From positions 135,547-199,546 of the forward strand of contig CAWGRZ010000010.1 in assembly GCA_963825155.1 (NCBI GenBank): a stretch of 64,000 nucleotides of DNA. Reading direction: 5' to 3'. The notes beneath the pieces are model-generated. The model did not search any database, had not been told where the DNA came from, and saw only the letters and a program-made list of their open reading frames with translations. The DNA is from an uncultured Acidobacteriaceae bacterium (GTDB taxonomy: Bacteria; Acidobacteriota; Terriglobia; Terriglobales; Acidobacteriaceae). Position numbers and translations under genes: made by a program. Below are positions 35,958 through 45,320 of this stretch, piece after piece (the stretch's first letter is position 1; every line of letters starts with the position of its first letter).

Positions 35958-36632
35958 TCAGCTCTCAGACTGCCGCAGCCAGTTCTGCAGTCCGGCGAGC
36001 GAGTCTACGCGCGGAAATTCCCGCTCGCGGTAGGCTCCAGCCACATCGAACAGTACGGCCTGCATCCCGGCGTTGCGCGCGCCGACATAATCAATCGAGT
36101 ACACATCGCCCACATAGAGGCTCTCCGCCGCCTCGGCTTTCATCTCCCGCAGCGCGGCTTCAAAGATCGCCGGATGCGGCTTCTCGTGCCCGACAATTCC
36201 CGAGTCGGTGATGTTCTCAAAGCAATCCGCAATTCCGCAGCGGCGCAGCACGGCGTCAATCTTGCCATCGGCATTCGAAATCACTGCAATCGCATAGTCC
36301 TGCCGAATCTTCTCCAGCGCGTCGCGCGTCCCCGGCAGAATCTGGTCCCAGTTGGCCGACTTCTGCGTGTTCTCGACCAAAGTGGCGCGCACCTGATCGT
36401 CCAGTGCATCGAGTCCTTCCAGCAGATGGGTATGAAACCTCCACCAGAAGCCGTGATCCACCTTGCCGCCCATCATTCTCTGATCGAATTCCTGTTTGGT
36501 TTGCCGCTCCAAAGCCTGCCAGCGGTCGAGCGTCGGATGGCGATCCACCGGCACGGGCGCCAGCACCCGGGAACGATTGGGGAAGAGCAGAGTATTGCCT
36601 ACGTCAAAAAAAATGAAGCGGCACTTTGCCAT
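35958..36632 (-). CDS. HAD-superfamily hydrolase (subfamily IA-like)
   Basis: Motif I FIFFDVGNTLL, motif II VISNADG, motif IV YVGDVYSIDYVGARNAGM. Confidence 0.85.
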   Translation of the reverse strand: MAKCRFIFFDVGNTLLFPNRSRVLAPVPVDRHPTLDRWQALERQTKQEFDQRMMGGKVDHGFWWRFHTHLLEGLDALDDQVRATLVENTQKSANWDQILPGTRDALEKIRQDYAIAVISNADGKIDAVLRRCGIADCFENITDSGIVGHEKPHPAIFEAALREMKAEAAESLYVGDVYSIDYVGARNAGMQAVLFDVAGAYREREFPRVDSLAGLQNWLRQSES

Positions 36633-36770
36633 GAATCTATCTTAACTAACGCAGACGATTCCGGCGCGGCTCTTGACCATAAGGTTGCAGCATCTTTCTG
36701 GGTCGTGACCGCAGCAGGGAAAGAATGTAATATCCAATTCGGCCCCTCGGCTTGCCGAGGCCGGTTACGA

Positions 36771-37121
36771 ATGGCGCTATCCGCTGCAGTGTCGCTGATC
36801 TCAAGCGTGACCCGTACCACACGGGCGGCGCTCGCCGTTTACGCGGTCGTACGCGTCCAAGGCGCCGTGTTCTTGGCCCTGGCTGTAGCTCTGATCTATC
36901 GCGGCGCGCGGCAGGATATCTACAATATTCTCTGGGCCGTCGTGTTCGGCTTCGCGACCCTGAATATTCTCAGCCTGGCCGCCAGACGCTTCGAACCCAC
37001 CCGCCGCGGCCTGACCTTCGGCGAACTCATGGCCGTGCTGGTTGTGTTGCTGTCGGTTTTCCTGCTGGGATGGGAAATGCTCAACCTGTTCCACATCTTT
37101 CCCATCAAACTACAGCGTTAA
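36771..37121 (+). CDS. small (116 aa) multi-TM membrane protein, uncharacterised
   Basis: Only the 3' third of ORF 36174..37121 is not antisense to the HAD gene. From the ATG at 36771 it encodes 3-4 hydrophobic helices. Confidence 0.45.
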   Translation: MALSAAVSLISSVTRTTRAALAVYAVVRVQGAVFLALAVALIYRGARQDIYNILWAVVFGFATLNILSLAARRFEPTRRGLTFGELMAVLVVLLSVFLLGWEMLNLFHIFPIKLQR

Positions 37122-37246
37122 CCGGGTGAGACGGAAGTTTTCCACAGTGTTCCTGCAGGAACGTTTGTAAGTACGTGGTCATACGTACATTCATGGTTCG
37201 TCCCGTCCGACGATTTCCGTGCGTCTTGATAATTTGCCGCAGAGAA

Positions 37247-37392
37247 TCGTATCAGGGCATGCCTTTCAGGCGTGCCGCATCAGCACCCGGACGGATCCGG
37301 CTTTAGCCGCTGTCGCCGTGAAGCGTCCCAGGGGCTAAAGACGTAACAGTCTCACGCACTTGCGGCATCGCTGAAGCGATGCCGCGATACGA
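37247..37392. repeat. MITE-like composite palindromic intergenic element, copy A
   Basis: Terminal inverted repeats TCGTATCAGGGCATGCC ... GCGATGCCGCGATACGA. Internal hairpins GGCATGCC/GGCGTGCC, GGCTTTAGCC/GGCTAAAG and CGGCATCGCT/AGCGATGCCG. Homologous to 48605-48720 and 54941-55080. Confidence 0.85.
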
Positions 37393-37476
37393 ATCGTTCT
37401 TCTCAAACCGCTCTTCTCAAACCGCGCTACTACCTGCTTCATGGCAGGCTGTGTTTTGCGGTATGATTCGCTACAG

Positions 37477-37785
37477 ATGGCGAAGAATACCCCCAACTTC
37501 GAAGTGACCTGCCCCTGCTGCAGTGCGGTGCTGAAAATCGACACCGAAACTCGTGCCGTCATCGCCCACACCGCTGCGGTAAAGCCGAAAACCTTCAATG
37601 ACATGGAGGCCGCGGCCAAGGCCATGCGAGAGCAGGATAGCCGCCGGGAATCGATTTTCCAGCAGTCGGTGGAAGCCCAGAAGCACGCCTCGGACCTGCT
37701 GGAGAAGAAGTTTCAGGAGGCCATCAAGAAGGCGAAAGAGACGCCCGACACCGGCCGGCCGATTCGAGATTTCGACCTCGACTGA
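37477..37785 (+). CDS. small conserved-looking protein with an N-terminal CPCC knuckle and a charged helical tail
   Basis: The Met at 37477 (MAKNTPNFEVTCPCCSAVLKID) is preferred, because the ORF-track start at 37441 lies only about 50 nt downstream of the repeat element at 37247-37392. The C-terminal half is Lys/Glu-rich. Confidence 0.55.
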   Translation: MAKNTPNFEVTCPCCSAVLKIDTETRAVIAHTAAVKPKTFNDMEAAAKAMREQDSRRESIFQQSVEAQKHASDLLEKKFQEAIKKAKETPDTGRPIRDFDLD

Positions 37786-37796
37786 TTCCTCCGCGT

Positions 37797-38480
37797 ATGT
37801 CCTCGCCGCCCACGACGTCCCCGCGCCTGCCTCCCCGTCCACTGCTTCTTGGCCACCGCGGCGCCCGCGCCCTCAAGTCGATCCCTGAGAATACGCCGGC
37901 CTCATTCGACCGCGCCCTGGCTGACGGCTGTGATGGCTTCGAATTCGACGTACGCCTCACCGCCGACGGCGAAGCCGTTATTAGCCATGATCCAGCCATT
38001 GGAAAAATGAAGATTGAGCGAGCGACGGCGCAGCAACTTCCAGCCTTGCCGCGTTTGCGGGATGTTTTGCGGCGCTTCCAGGCCAACGCGTTTCTCGATA
38101 TTGAAGTGAAAGTCCGGGGTTTGGAGAAAATTACGGTCGATCTATTTCTTCGGCACAAGCCCCGCCGCGGATTTGTGGTCTCATCGTTTCTCCCCGGAGC
38201 CCTCAAAGCTTTTCATGCCGAAGACGCAACCATTCCTCTGGGCCTGATCTGCGAGAGCAAAACACAACTGCGCCTCTGGACCGAACTTCCGGTCGCCTAT
38301 GTGATTCCTCACCATGAATTGGTCGAGCCCGAGCTTATCCGCAAGGTGAAGGGCGCCGGAAAGAAGATCATCGTCTGGACGGTCAACGATGCTGCCGGCA
38401 TGCAGCGGTTTGCCGAGGCGGGAGTTGACGGCATTATTTCCGATGACACCAGCCTTCTCTGCCGGACGCTGGCTGTCTAG
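37797..38480 (+). CDS. glycerophosphodiester phosphodiesterase (GDPD family)
   Basis: LLLGHRGARALKSIPENTPASFDRALADGCDGFEFDVRLTADGEAVISHD is the GDPD catalytic signature (HRG...END...E.D). Confidence 0.9.
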   Translation: MSSPPTTSPRLPPRPLLLGHRGARALKSIPENTPASFDRALADGCDGFEFDVRLTADGEAVISHDPAIGKMKIERATAQQLPALPRLRDVLRRFQANAFLDIEVKVRGLEKITVDLFLRHKPRRGFVVSSFLPGALKAFHAEDATIPLGLICESKTQLRLWTELPVAYVIPHHELVEPELIRKVKGAGKKIIVWTVNDAAGMQRFAEAGVDGIISDDTSLLCRTLAV

Positions 38481-38526
38481 CCGTTAAATGACCGCAAGTG
38501 GAATTCGTTTCTGAGTAGTTGTTTAT

Positions 38527-40029
38527 TTACTGCGCCGCGGCCGCGGCCGCGTTCCCCGAAGACATGGCAGCTTTCGCTTCTTTGATGCCCGCCTGGATGT
38601 GTTGCTCCCAGTCGAGATGCGGAATGGGAGAAGCCGCCGCGGCCTGGTATAAGGCGAGCGCATCCTGCGGCCGGTTCAGCCGCTTCAGGCAGAGTCGTGC
38701 CGCGCTGAGTTGTGCCGTCAGCGCTTGCCGCTCCGCCGGATAGGCCGCCGCCAGTTGCTGATACTCGTGGAAGGCGCGCTCGAAGTCCTGCTTCTCTTCG
38801 GCGGCCTTGCACAGCTCGAGCCAGGTCGACGCCGGCACCTTGCTTCCACCCGCATCCACAAATTCCGCGTAGTCCTGGAAGGCCGCTTCGATTTCGTGTG
38901 CCTTCAGATGCAGCCCGCAAGTCTTGACCGTCGCGTCCAGGCAGGCCTGACTATTGTTTTGCCGCGTATAAATCTGGCGCAGCAGGTTCCAGGCGTCGAG
39001 CGAATTCGGTTTCACCGCCACATGATTCGTCAGAAGCTCCAGCGCCTCGGTGAGTTGGCCGTGTTCCATCATGCTGCTGGCTTGTTCGATTTCCGGATCA
39101 GCGTTCCAGCTTACTTTCTCTTCGATTGCCTTATTCGCTTTCTGCTCCAGCCCCGAATGCTGGATGGCCAGCGCCGCCAACGCTCCGAACAGAAAGCCTC
39201 CCACATGCGCCCAGTGCGCCACGCCGTCGGTCGAGCCGGACAACGATCCGAAGAAGATTTCGCTTAGCAGCCACAACGGTACGAGCCAGTACGCAGCCGC
39301 CTTGAACCGGTACAGCTTGAGCATGAACAGCCACGCCATCTCAATCTTCATCTTGGGGAAGCGGACCAGGAATGCTCCCATCAACGCCGCCACGGCGCCG
39401 GACGCGCCCAGGGTTGGCGTGACGCTCCCTGGATTCGACCAGGCATAAAATTGCAGCGCCGCCGCCCCCGCAATCAGATAAAATGCCGAATACAGCCAGC
39501 GGCCCCACACGTCTTCCAGCACAAATCCCGCCAGCCACAGAAACCACATATTCCCGATGATGTGCAGCCACCCGCCGTGCAGAAAATTGGCCGTCAGATA
39601 AGTGATCGGCCGTGGATTTGCCGGCACGAACGCATACTGCTCGGTGATGGACGACGCCGACAGCTTGACCAGTTCGGCGTCCAGCGAATCCATCTCGTCC
39701 TGAAGTTTCGAGGTGTCCTCGGTCATCTTGACCTTGGCGTCGAAGCCGTCCATCACGTCGCGATATGGATTTTGCACCTGCTTCCATTGGTCGGCATGGC
39801 TCTGCTTGAATCCATCCACCAGATGTTGCGATTCCGGCTGCAGCTTCAGTTCGGGATGCAGGGCCGCCAGAATCAGGATGTGAGACTTGACTTCGCCCAG
39901 TTGCGGCGCTTCGTCGTCCATCGCCGTCATGGTGAACAGAAACACCACGACATTGATCGCAATCAATGCGATGGTGACCACCGGCCAGCGCCGGGCCGTC
40001 ATATTCTCGTGCTTGATGGGTATCAACAT
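38527..40029 (-). CDS. rhomboid-family intramembrane serine protease fused to a C-terminal TPR-like domain
   Basis: HGGWLHIIGNMWFLWLAG and GASGAVAALMGAF (catalytic Ser) plus AHVGGFLFG (catalytic His). TPR-like helical repeats follow. Confidence 0.88.
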   Translation of the reverse strand: MLIPIKHENMTARRWPVVTIALIAINVVVFLFTMTAMDDEAPQLGEVKSHILILAALHPELKLQPESQHLVDGFKQSHADQWKQVQNPYRDVMDGFDAKVKMTEDTSKLQDEMDSLDAELVKLSASSITEQYAFVPANPRPITYLTANFLHGGWLHIIGNMWFLWLAGFVLEDVWGRWLYSAFYLIAGAAALQFYAWSNPGSVTPTLGASGAVAALMGAFLVRFPKMKIEMAWLFMLKLYRFKAAAYWLVPLWLLSEIFFGSLSGSTDGVAHWAHVGGFLFGALAALAIQHSGLEQKANKAIEEKVSWNADPEIEQASSMMEHGQLTEALELLTNHVAVKPNSLDAWNLLRQIYTRQNNSQACLDATVKTCGLHLKAHEIEAAFQDYAEFVDAGGSKVPASTWLELCKAAEEKQDFERAFHEYQQLAAAYPAERQALTAQLSAARLCLKRLNRPQDALALYQAAAASPIPHLDWEQHIQAGIKEAKAAMSSGNAAAAAAQ

Positions 40030-40257
40030 CGACTGCGTCTCTTACCGCGAAAATTCCGACACACTCGCGCCAGTGTAGTTTCGTTGCGCCTTCATTCCCA
40101 GATCACTCAGGGTCGCAACAAATCTTTGGTAACCAGTGGTCGTGCGAGCGGAAATTTGCTTGCGGAGGAGCGCGTCGCGCGGATAGCTTTTGATAGGGCG
40201 CGGATTCCAGCCGCGCCGCTCAGACCCGCAACAAAAGAGGCTTTAGTCCCGGGGGAT

Positions 40258-41898
40258 TTAGTCGGCCGCCGCTTCCAGCGCGGAAATGCCGCGTGAGGGC
40301 CGGTGCAGGAAGGCCGCACGCTCGGTTTCAAACGACTCCAGATTCGCGCCCATCGCCTGCTCGTTCCAGCCCAGCACCGCGCCCATGCGCAAGGCAGCCT
40401 CCCGGCTGCAGGATTCCGACCAGCACGCACCCAGCGCCACCGGAACCCGCCGCAGCAGCACGTCGCCCATGGTCACGGCGCACTCCCTGCGGTAAGCTTC
40501 CACCACTTCCGCCACAATGTGGGAGGTATGCGGACAGATGGGCGCCCGCAATTCCGCGCTCACCAATGCCATGCGCGCAATGTCCATGGCGCGCTGGCCA
40601 TGCCACTCCATCATGCCGCGAGCCGTTTCTTCGCTCACCGAACCGGCACGCGCGATTTCGAGGACTTCCTGATCCAGCAGGGGATCGAGCGCGGCCCCTG
40701 GGCCTACAGCGATCTCATTCGGCTCCGCCACTGGGATGCCGATCTTCCGGGCGCATTCCCGCGCCAGCGACGCCGCCGTGCTCAGCTTTCCGCCAATAAT
40801 GGAAATCAGCCGTCCCGCGCCTTCGTCCGTATGGTCATGCAGAAAATGACGCCGCGTTACCGCGGACGGTTTGTCGCCCGGCGAGTTCGGCAGGGGACGC
40901 ACCCCAGCGAATGCAAACTTGATGTCGTGAGCCGACAGCTTTGCCTTGGGAAATAGCTGCGCTACCGTGCGCAACAGATATTCCATCTCCTCCGGGGAGG
41001 GCGCCGTTCTTCCCGGGTCGCTCGTGTCGGGAACTTCAGTCGTACCCACCAGCACCTGCTCGTTCCACGGAAGAACAAAAACCGGCCGGCCGTCCGCCGC
41101 CTCAGTGTAGAGCGCCGCACTGGGAGCGCCCGCAAATCGCGGCAACACAATATGGGATCCCCGCACCCCGCCCAGCATCGGCTTGTGAGTGCGCACCGAA
41201 GAGCGCTGGCATACCCGGTCTGCCCATGGTCCGGTACAGTTCAAAATCCACGCGGCATCGACGCGCTCGTCTTTGCCGGAAATCCGGTCGCGCAGCAGCA
41301 CGCCCCGCGCCCGCCCATGTGCCACATCCACCGCCAGCACTTCGGAATGGTTGCGCACCACCGCGCCGGCGTCGACCGCTTCAGTTAACCACTCCGCCAC
41401 CAGGCGCTCTGGAAATTCGCACTGGGCATCTTCGTAATTGAAGATCGACCATTGATGGCCTGCATCCAGCGCACGCTCCACGCGCTTCAACTCCATCTCG
41501 CTCAGGTCGCCGGATTTCTTGCCCGCAATGCGTTGGTAGAGCCACAACCCGGCGCGTACCTTCATCGCGCTGCGCAGGCTTTGTTCGTTCAGCAGAAAAA
41601 GAAAGCGAACGGGATGCACCAGGTGCGATCGCTCCCGCAGCAGACGTTCCCGCTCCCGCACTGACTCCCGAACCAGATCCAACTCTCCGTGTTCCAGGTA
41701 GCGTAGCCCGCCGTGAATGATCCGGGTCGAGCGGCTGGTCACGCCTGAGGCGAAATCGTTTTGCTCAACCAGCAACGTGCGCTTCCCCGCGCGCGCACAC
41801 TCCCGCGCTACTGCCACCCCATTGATGCCCCCGCCGATGACCACGACGTGGAAGTGTTGGGCTTCCAGGGACGCTCGAGGTTTAACCGCTAAAGTCAT
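40258..41898 (-). CDS. glpD: FAD-dependent glycerol-3-phosphate dehydrogenase
   Basis: HVVVIGGGINGVAVARECARAGKRTLLVEQNDFASGVTSRSTRIIHGGLRYLE. 546 aa with a C-terminal GlpD-type domain. Confidence 0.88.
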   Translation of the reverse strand: MTLAVKPRASLEAQHFHVVVIGGGINGVAVARECARAGKRTLLVEQNDFASGVTSRSTRIIHGGLRYLEHGELDLVRESVRERERLLRERSHLVHPVRFLFLLNEQSLRSAMKVRAGLWLYQRIAGKKSGDLSEMELKRVERALDAGHQWSIFNYEDAQCEFPERLVAEWLTEAVDAGAVVRNHSEVLAVDVAHGRARGVLLRDRISGKDERVDAAWILNCTGPWADRVCQRSSVRTHKPMLGGVRGSHIVLPRFAGAPSAALYTEAADGRPVFVLPWNEQVLVGTTEVPDTSDPGRTAPSPEEMEYLLRTVAQLFPKAKLSAHDIKFAFAGVRPLPNSPGDKPSAVTRRHFLHDHTDEGAGRLISIIGGKLSTAASLARECARKIGIPVAEPNEIAVGPGAALDPLLDQEVLEIARAGSVSEETARGMMEWHGQRAMDIARMALVSAELRAPICPHTSHIVAEVVEAYRRECAVTMGDVLLRRVPVALGACWSESCSREAALRMGAVLGWNEQAMGANLESFETERAAFLHRPSRGISALEAAAD

Positions 41899-42242
41899 GT
41901 ATTTGAACGAGATACTTTAGGTATTGCCGCCTTCGGCCGTTCCGGAAAGGGAATTCTTCCCAAGCCGACACGCCTACCTTTCCACTATTGTGCGCTCTGC
42001 CCGCCATGGAGATGAAGGTGACGTTAGTCCCACCCGAAGCGTGGCCCGATTCCGACGAAATCCAGCCACGCGGTGCCTGAAGTAACTACATCCCCGGACT
42101 CCCGGAGTTCCATTGATCGATGATATCCCCGGGGCCGGTTGTCCGCAGGAAGGTTTATCTTCGTGTCCTTAGTGGTCACCGGCGTTATCCGCCTTTCCGT
42201 CAATTGAATGTTTCCTCCACCGTCATTTACATTGGTTGCCGC

Positions 42243-43199
42243 ATGTCCACGACGGGAGAACGCTTCGAACGGGCGGTCAGCATCATGGAGCGCCTGCGTG
42301 CTCCGGGCGGCTGTCCCTGGGACCGCGAGCAGACCTTCGATTCGATCAAGCCCTACACTCTGGAAGAAACCTACGAAGTCCTCGAAGCCATCGACAATCG
42401 CGACTGGCCGGAGCTCGCGGGCGAACTTGGCGACCTGCTCCTGCAGGTCCTCTTCTACGCGGAGATGGCGAAGGAGCAGGCGTCCTTTTCGATTGACGAT
42501 GTCCTCGACCGGCTCTCCAGCAAGCTGGTCAATCGCCATCCCCACGTCTTCGGAGATGTGAAGGCCGAGACTTCAGCCGAAGTCAAGCGCAACTGGGAGG
42601 CCCTCAAGGTCGAGGAGAGAAAGATCAGCGAAGCAAAAAAGCGGAACGGGGCCGATGGAAACCTCGGTGACGGCGCGGCCGCCCCGGCGACGACCGAAAA
42701 GCAATCCATCCTGGCCGGAGTCTCGTCCGCCATGCCCGCGCTGCTCGAAGCCTACAAGCTCAGCTCGCGCGCCGCCCAGGCCGGATTTGACTGGCCCAAC
42801 GTCGAGGGCCTGTTCGACAAACTGCACGAAGAGACCGCCGAACTTCGCGACCAGCTCCAAGAATTTCCCGAGCCCGGTCCACGCCCCCAGGGCCGCGGGA
42901 TAGCCAGCTCTGGCCGCGCGAGCGTCCCCGAAAAACTGCAAGCCCGCCTGGAAGAAGAAGTGGGCGACTTGTTTTTCGTCCTGGTCAACATCGCGCGCTA
43001 CCTGTCGGTCGACCCCGAATCCGCGCTGCGCAAGACCAACCGCAAGTTCAAACGGCGCTTTCAGTGGATGGAAGACCGCCTGCACGAAACCGGCCGCAGC
43101 GCCGTTCGGGCTCCCATGGAAGAACTGGAGTCCCTGTGGCAGCAAGCCAAGCGCAAGGAGCACGAACAGGAGCATGAGCAGGAGGGCCGAGATGTTTAG
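42243..43199 (+). CDS. mazG: nucleoside triphosphate pyrophosphohydrolase MazG (tandem MazG domains)
   Basis: From the ATG at 42243: FERAVSIMERLRAPGGCPWDREQTFDSIKPYTLEETYEVLEAI...ELGDLLLQV, with a second EEVGDLFFVLVNIAR repeat. Confidence 0.9.
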   Translation: MSTTGERFERAVSIMERLRAPGGCPWDREQTFDSIKPYTLEETYEVLEAIDNRDWPELAGELGDLLLQVLFYAEMAKEQASFSIDDVLDRLSSKLVNRHPHVFGDVKAETSAEVKRNWEALKVEERKISEAKKRNGADGNLGDGAAAPATTEKQSILAGVSSAMPALLEAYKLSSRAAQAGFDWPNVEGLFDKLHEETAELRDQLQEFPEPGPRPQGRGIASSGRASVPEKLQARLEEEVGDLFFVLVNIARYLSVDPESALRKTNRKFKRRFQWMEDRLHETGRSAVRAPMEELESLWQQAKRKEHEQEHEQEGRDV

Positions 43200-43334
43200 C
43201 CCTCAACCAATGCGTCATCCTGAAGCCCCGCGTTTTTACCAGCGGGGCGAGGGATCTCGGGTGCAACGTGGAGTTGGCCAAAGTGCCCTAATGCCACGCG
43301 TGATATCCCTCGCCGCTTTGCATGCGAGGAGCCG

Positions 43335-44108
43335 ATGAGCACAGAATCCATCGTATTGCGCCGCTGCCACGGTCTCGATGAGCTCCGCGCCTGCGTCGCG
43401 CTGCAAAAAGAAGTGTGGAATTTTACCGACGCCGAACTGGTCCCGCTGCGCATGTTCGTCGTGGCCGACAAAGTTGGTGGCCAGGTCATGGGAGCGTTCT
43501 CCGGCAATGACATGGTCGGCTTCGCGCTCTCGGTGCCGGGCACGCGCTCCGGCCACGTCTACTTGCACTCGCACATGCTCGCCGTCAGAAGGGACCATCG
43601 CAATGGCGGCCTGGGCCGCCGCCTGAAACTGTTGCAGCGGGAAGACGCACTCGCCCGCGGCATCGAACTGATCGAGTGGACGTTCGATCCCCTCGAAATC
43701 AAGAATGCTTATCTCAACCTGGAAAAACTCGGCGCCATCGCGCGCCGTTATAACATCAACCAGTACGGCATCACGTCATCGCCTCTGCAAGGAGGATTGC
43801 CGAGCGACCGTCTGATCGCCGAGTGGTGGCTGAAATCGAAGCGGGTCGAAACCCTGCTGGCCACGGGAAAGAATCTGCCTATTGGCAGCGAATCCGGCAT
43901 CGAAGTACCGGCGCAGATTTACGACTGGAAAGCCGCAGCCGAAACCCGCGGCAAAGCCCAGCAAGTGCAGGAGCGCAATCGCGAACAGTTTCTGCGAGCG
44001 TTTTCCCATGGGCTCGCCGTACTCGGCTACGAGCGCGATTCACAGGGCAACGGCAAGTTCCTGATGGGACGCTGGGACGAGGAGTGGTCGTACGCATCGG
44101 AGAATTAA
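43335..44108 (+). CDS. GNAT-like acyltransferase-fold protein (257 aa)
   Basis: HMLAVRRDHRNGGLGRRLKLLQREDALARGIELIEWTFDPLEIKNAYLNLEKLGA resembles the acyl-CoA-binding core of GNAT proteins. It sits directly upstream of the NSAR/OSBS gene. Confidence 0.65.
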   Translation: MSTESIVLRRCHGLDELRACVALQKEVWNFTDAELVPLRMFVVADKVGGQVMGAFSGNDMVGFALSVPGTRSGHVYLHSHMLAVRRDHRNGGLGRRLKLLQREDALARGIELIEWTFDPLEIKNAYLNLEKLGAIARRYNINQYGITSSPLQGGLPSDRLIAEWWLKSKRVETLLATGKNLPIGSESGIEVPAQIYDWKAAAETRGKAQQVQERNREQFLRAFSHGLAVLGYERDSQGNGKFLMGRWDEEWSYASEN

Positions 44109-44198
44109 TTTCACCACGGAGTCACGGAGAGATCCCCGTTGTATTCTTTCTCCGTGTCGCTGTGCCTCCGTGGTGACTTAAAGATTTAAAAACCAACC

Positions 44199-45308
44199 AT
44201 GAAGATTGAAGCCATCACCCTCCGCGAAATTCACATGCCGCTCGTCCACTTTTTCGAGACGAGTTTTGGCCGTACGTACAGCCGGCGCATTCTTCTGGTT
44301 ACCGTCCACAGCGAGGGCGCCGACGGCTGGGGCGAGAGCGTGGTCGGGGAAGACCCCTTCTACAGCAGCGAATGGATCGAAAGCGCGTGGCCCACCCTGA
44401 AGCAGTATCTGATCCCGGCACTGCTGGGGCGGCGCATCGAATCCGCCCGCGAGTGCCCGGCCCTGTTCGCCAAAGTGCGCGCCCACCGCATGGCCAAAGC
44501 GGCGCTCGAAAACGCTCTCTGGGACGCCGAAGCCATGCACAAGCAGTTGCCCCTCTGGAAATTGCTGGGCGGCACGCGCCGCGAGATTCCCTGCGGCGTT
44601 TCCATCGGTATCCAGGATTCGGTTGAGCAACTGCTGGAAAAGATCCAAATCGAGCTGGCCGCCGGCTACCGCCGCATCAAGATCAAAGTGAAGCCCGGCT
44701 GGGACGTGAATGTGCTCGAACGCATCCGCTCGCGCTGGGCCGACATCACGTTGAGTTGCGACGCCAACTCCGCCTACACCCTCGATCAGGTCGAGCACCT
44801 GCGCAAGTTCGACCAGTTCAATCTTCTGATGATCGAGCAGCCGCTATGGAACGACGACATTTACTACCACGCCCGCCTGCAGAAAGAGCTGCGCACTTCG
44901 ATTTGCCTGGACGAATCGATTGTCAGCGTGCGCAGCGCCGCCTTCGCCGTTGAAACCAGCGCCTGCCGCATCATCAACGTCAAGGTGGGCCGCGTCGGCG
45001 GATTCTCCGAGGCTCTGAAAATCCATGACCTGTGCCAGGCCCACAACATTCCCGTCTGGTGCGGCGGGATGCTCGAAACCGGCATCGGGCGCGCCCACAA
45101 CATAGCGCTCTCCACACTGGAAAACTTCCGCCTGCCCGGCGACGTTTCCGCCTCCAAGCGTTACTGGAAAGAAGACATTATTGATCCGGAAGTAGAAGTT
45201 TCGCCTCAAGGGATGATCGCTATCAGCGACCAGCCGGGCACCGGCTACCGCGTCAAAGAAGATTTGATTGAGAAGCTGACCGTGCGCAAAGAAACCCTGC
45301 GCGCGTAA
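44199..45308 (+). CDS. enolase-superfamily o-succinylbenzoate synthase / N-acylamino-acid racemase (MenC/NSAR family)
   Basis: MKIEAITLREIHMPLVHFFETSFGRTYSRRILLV...GWGESV...YSSEW...YLIPALLG...HRMAKAALENALWDAEA closely parallels my recollection of the Amycolatopsis NAAAR/OSBS N-terminus. KIKVK and the D/E/D metal ligands are present. Confidence 0.88.
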   Translation: MKIEAITLREIHMPLVHFFETSFGRTYSRRILLVTVHSEGADGWGESVVGEDPFYSSEWIESAWPTLKQYLIPALLGRRIESARECPALFAKVRAHRMAKAALENALWDAEAMHKQLPLWKLLGGTRREIPCGVSIGIQDSVEQLLEKIQIELAAGYRRIKIKVKPGWDVNVLERIRSRWADITLSCDANSAYTLDQVEHLRKFDQFNLLMIEQPLWNDDIYYHARLQKELRTSICLDESIVSVRSAAFAVETSACRIINVKVGRVGGFSEALKIHDLCQAHNIPVWCGGMLETGIGRAHNIALSTLENFRLPGDVSASKRYWKEDIIDPEVEVSPQGMIAISDQPGTGYRVKEDLIEKLTVRKETLRA

Positions 45309-45320
45309 TCGTGGCCGTAG

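Noticed and set aside
36174-36770. The 5' two-thirds of ORF 36174-37121 as a coding region.
   Set aside because: It lies antisense to the well-supported HAD hydrolase gene. Only the distal part from the ATG at 36771 encodes hydrophobic helices.
43225-43246. The CCCCGC...GCGGGG hairpin after mazG as an intrinsic terminator.
   Set aside because: The stem is only 6 bp and no U-run follows, so the support is insufficient.
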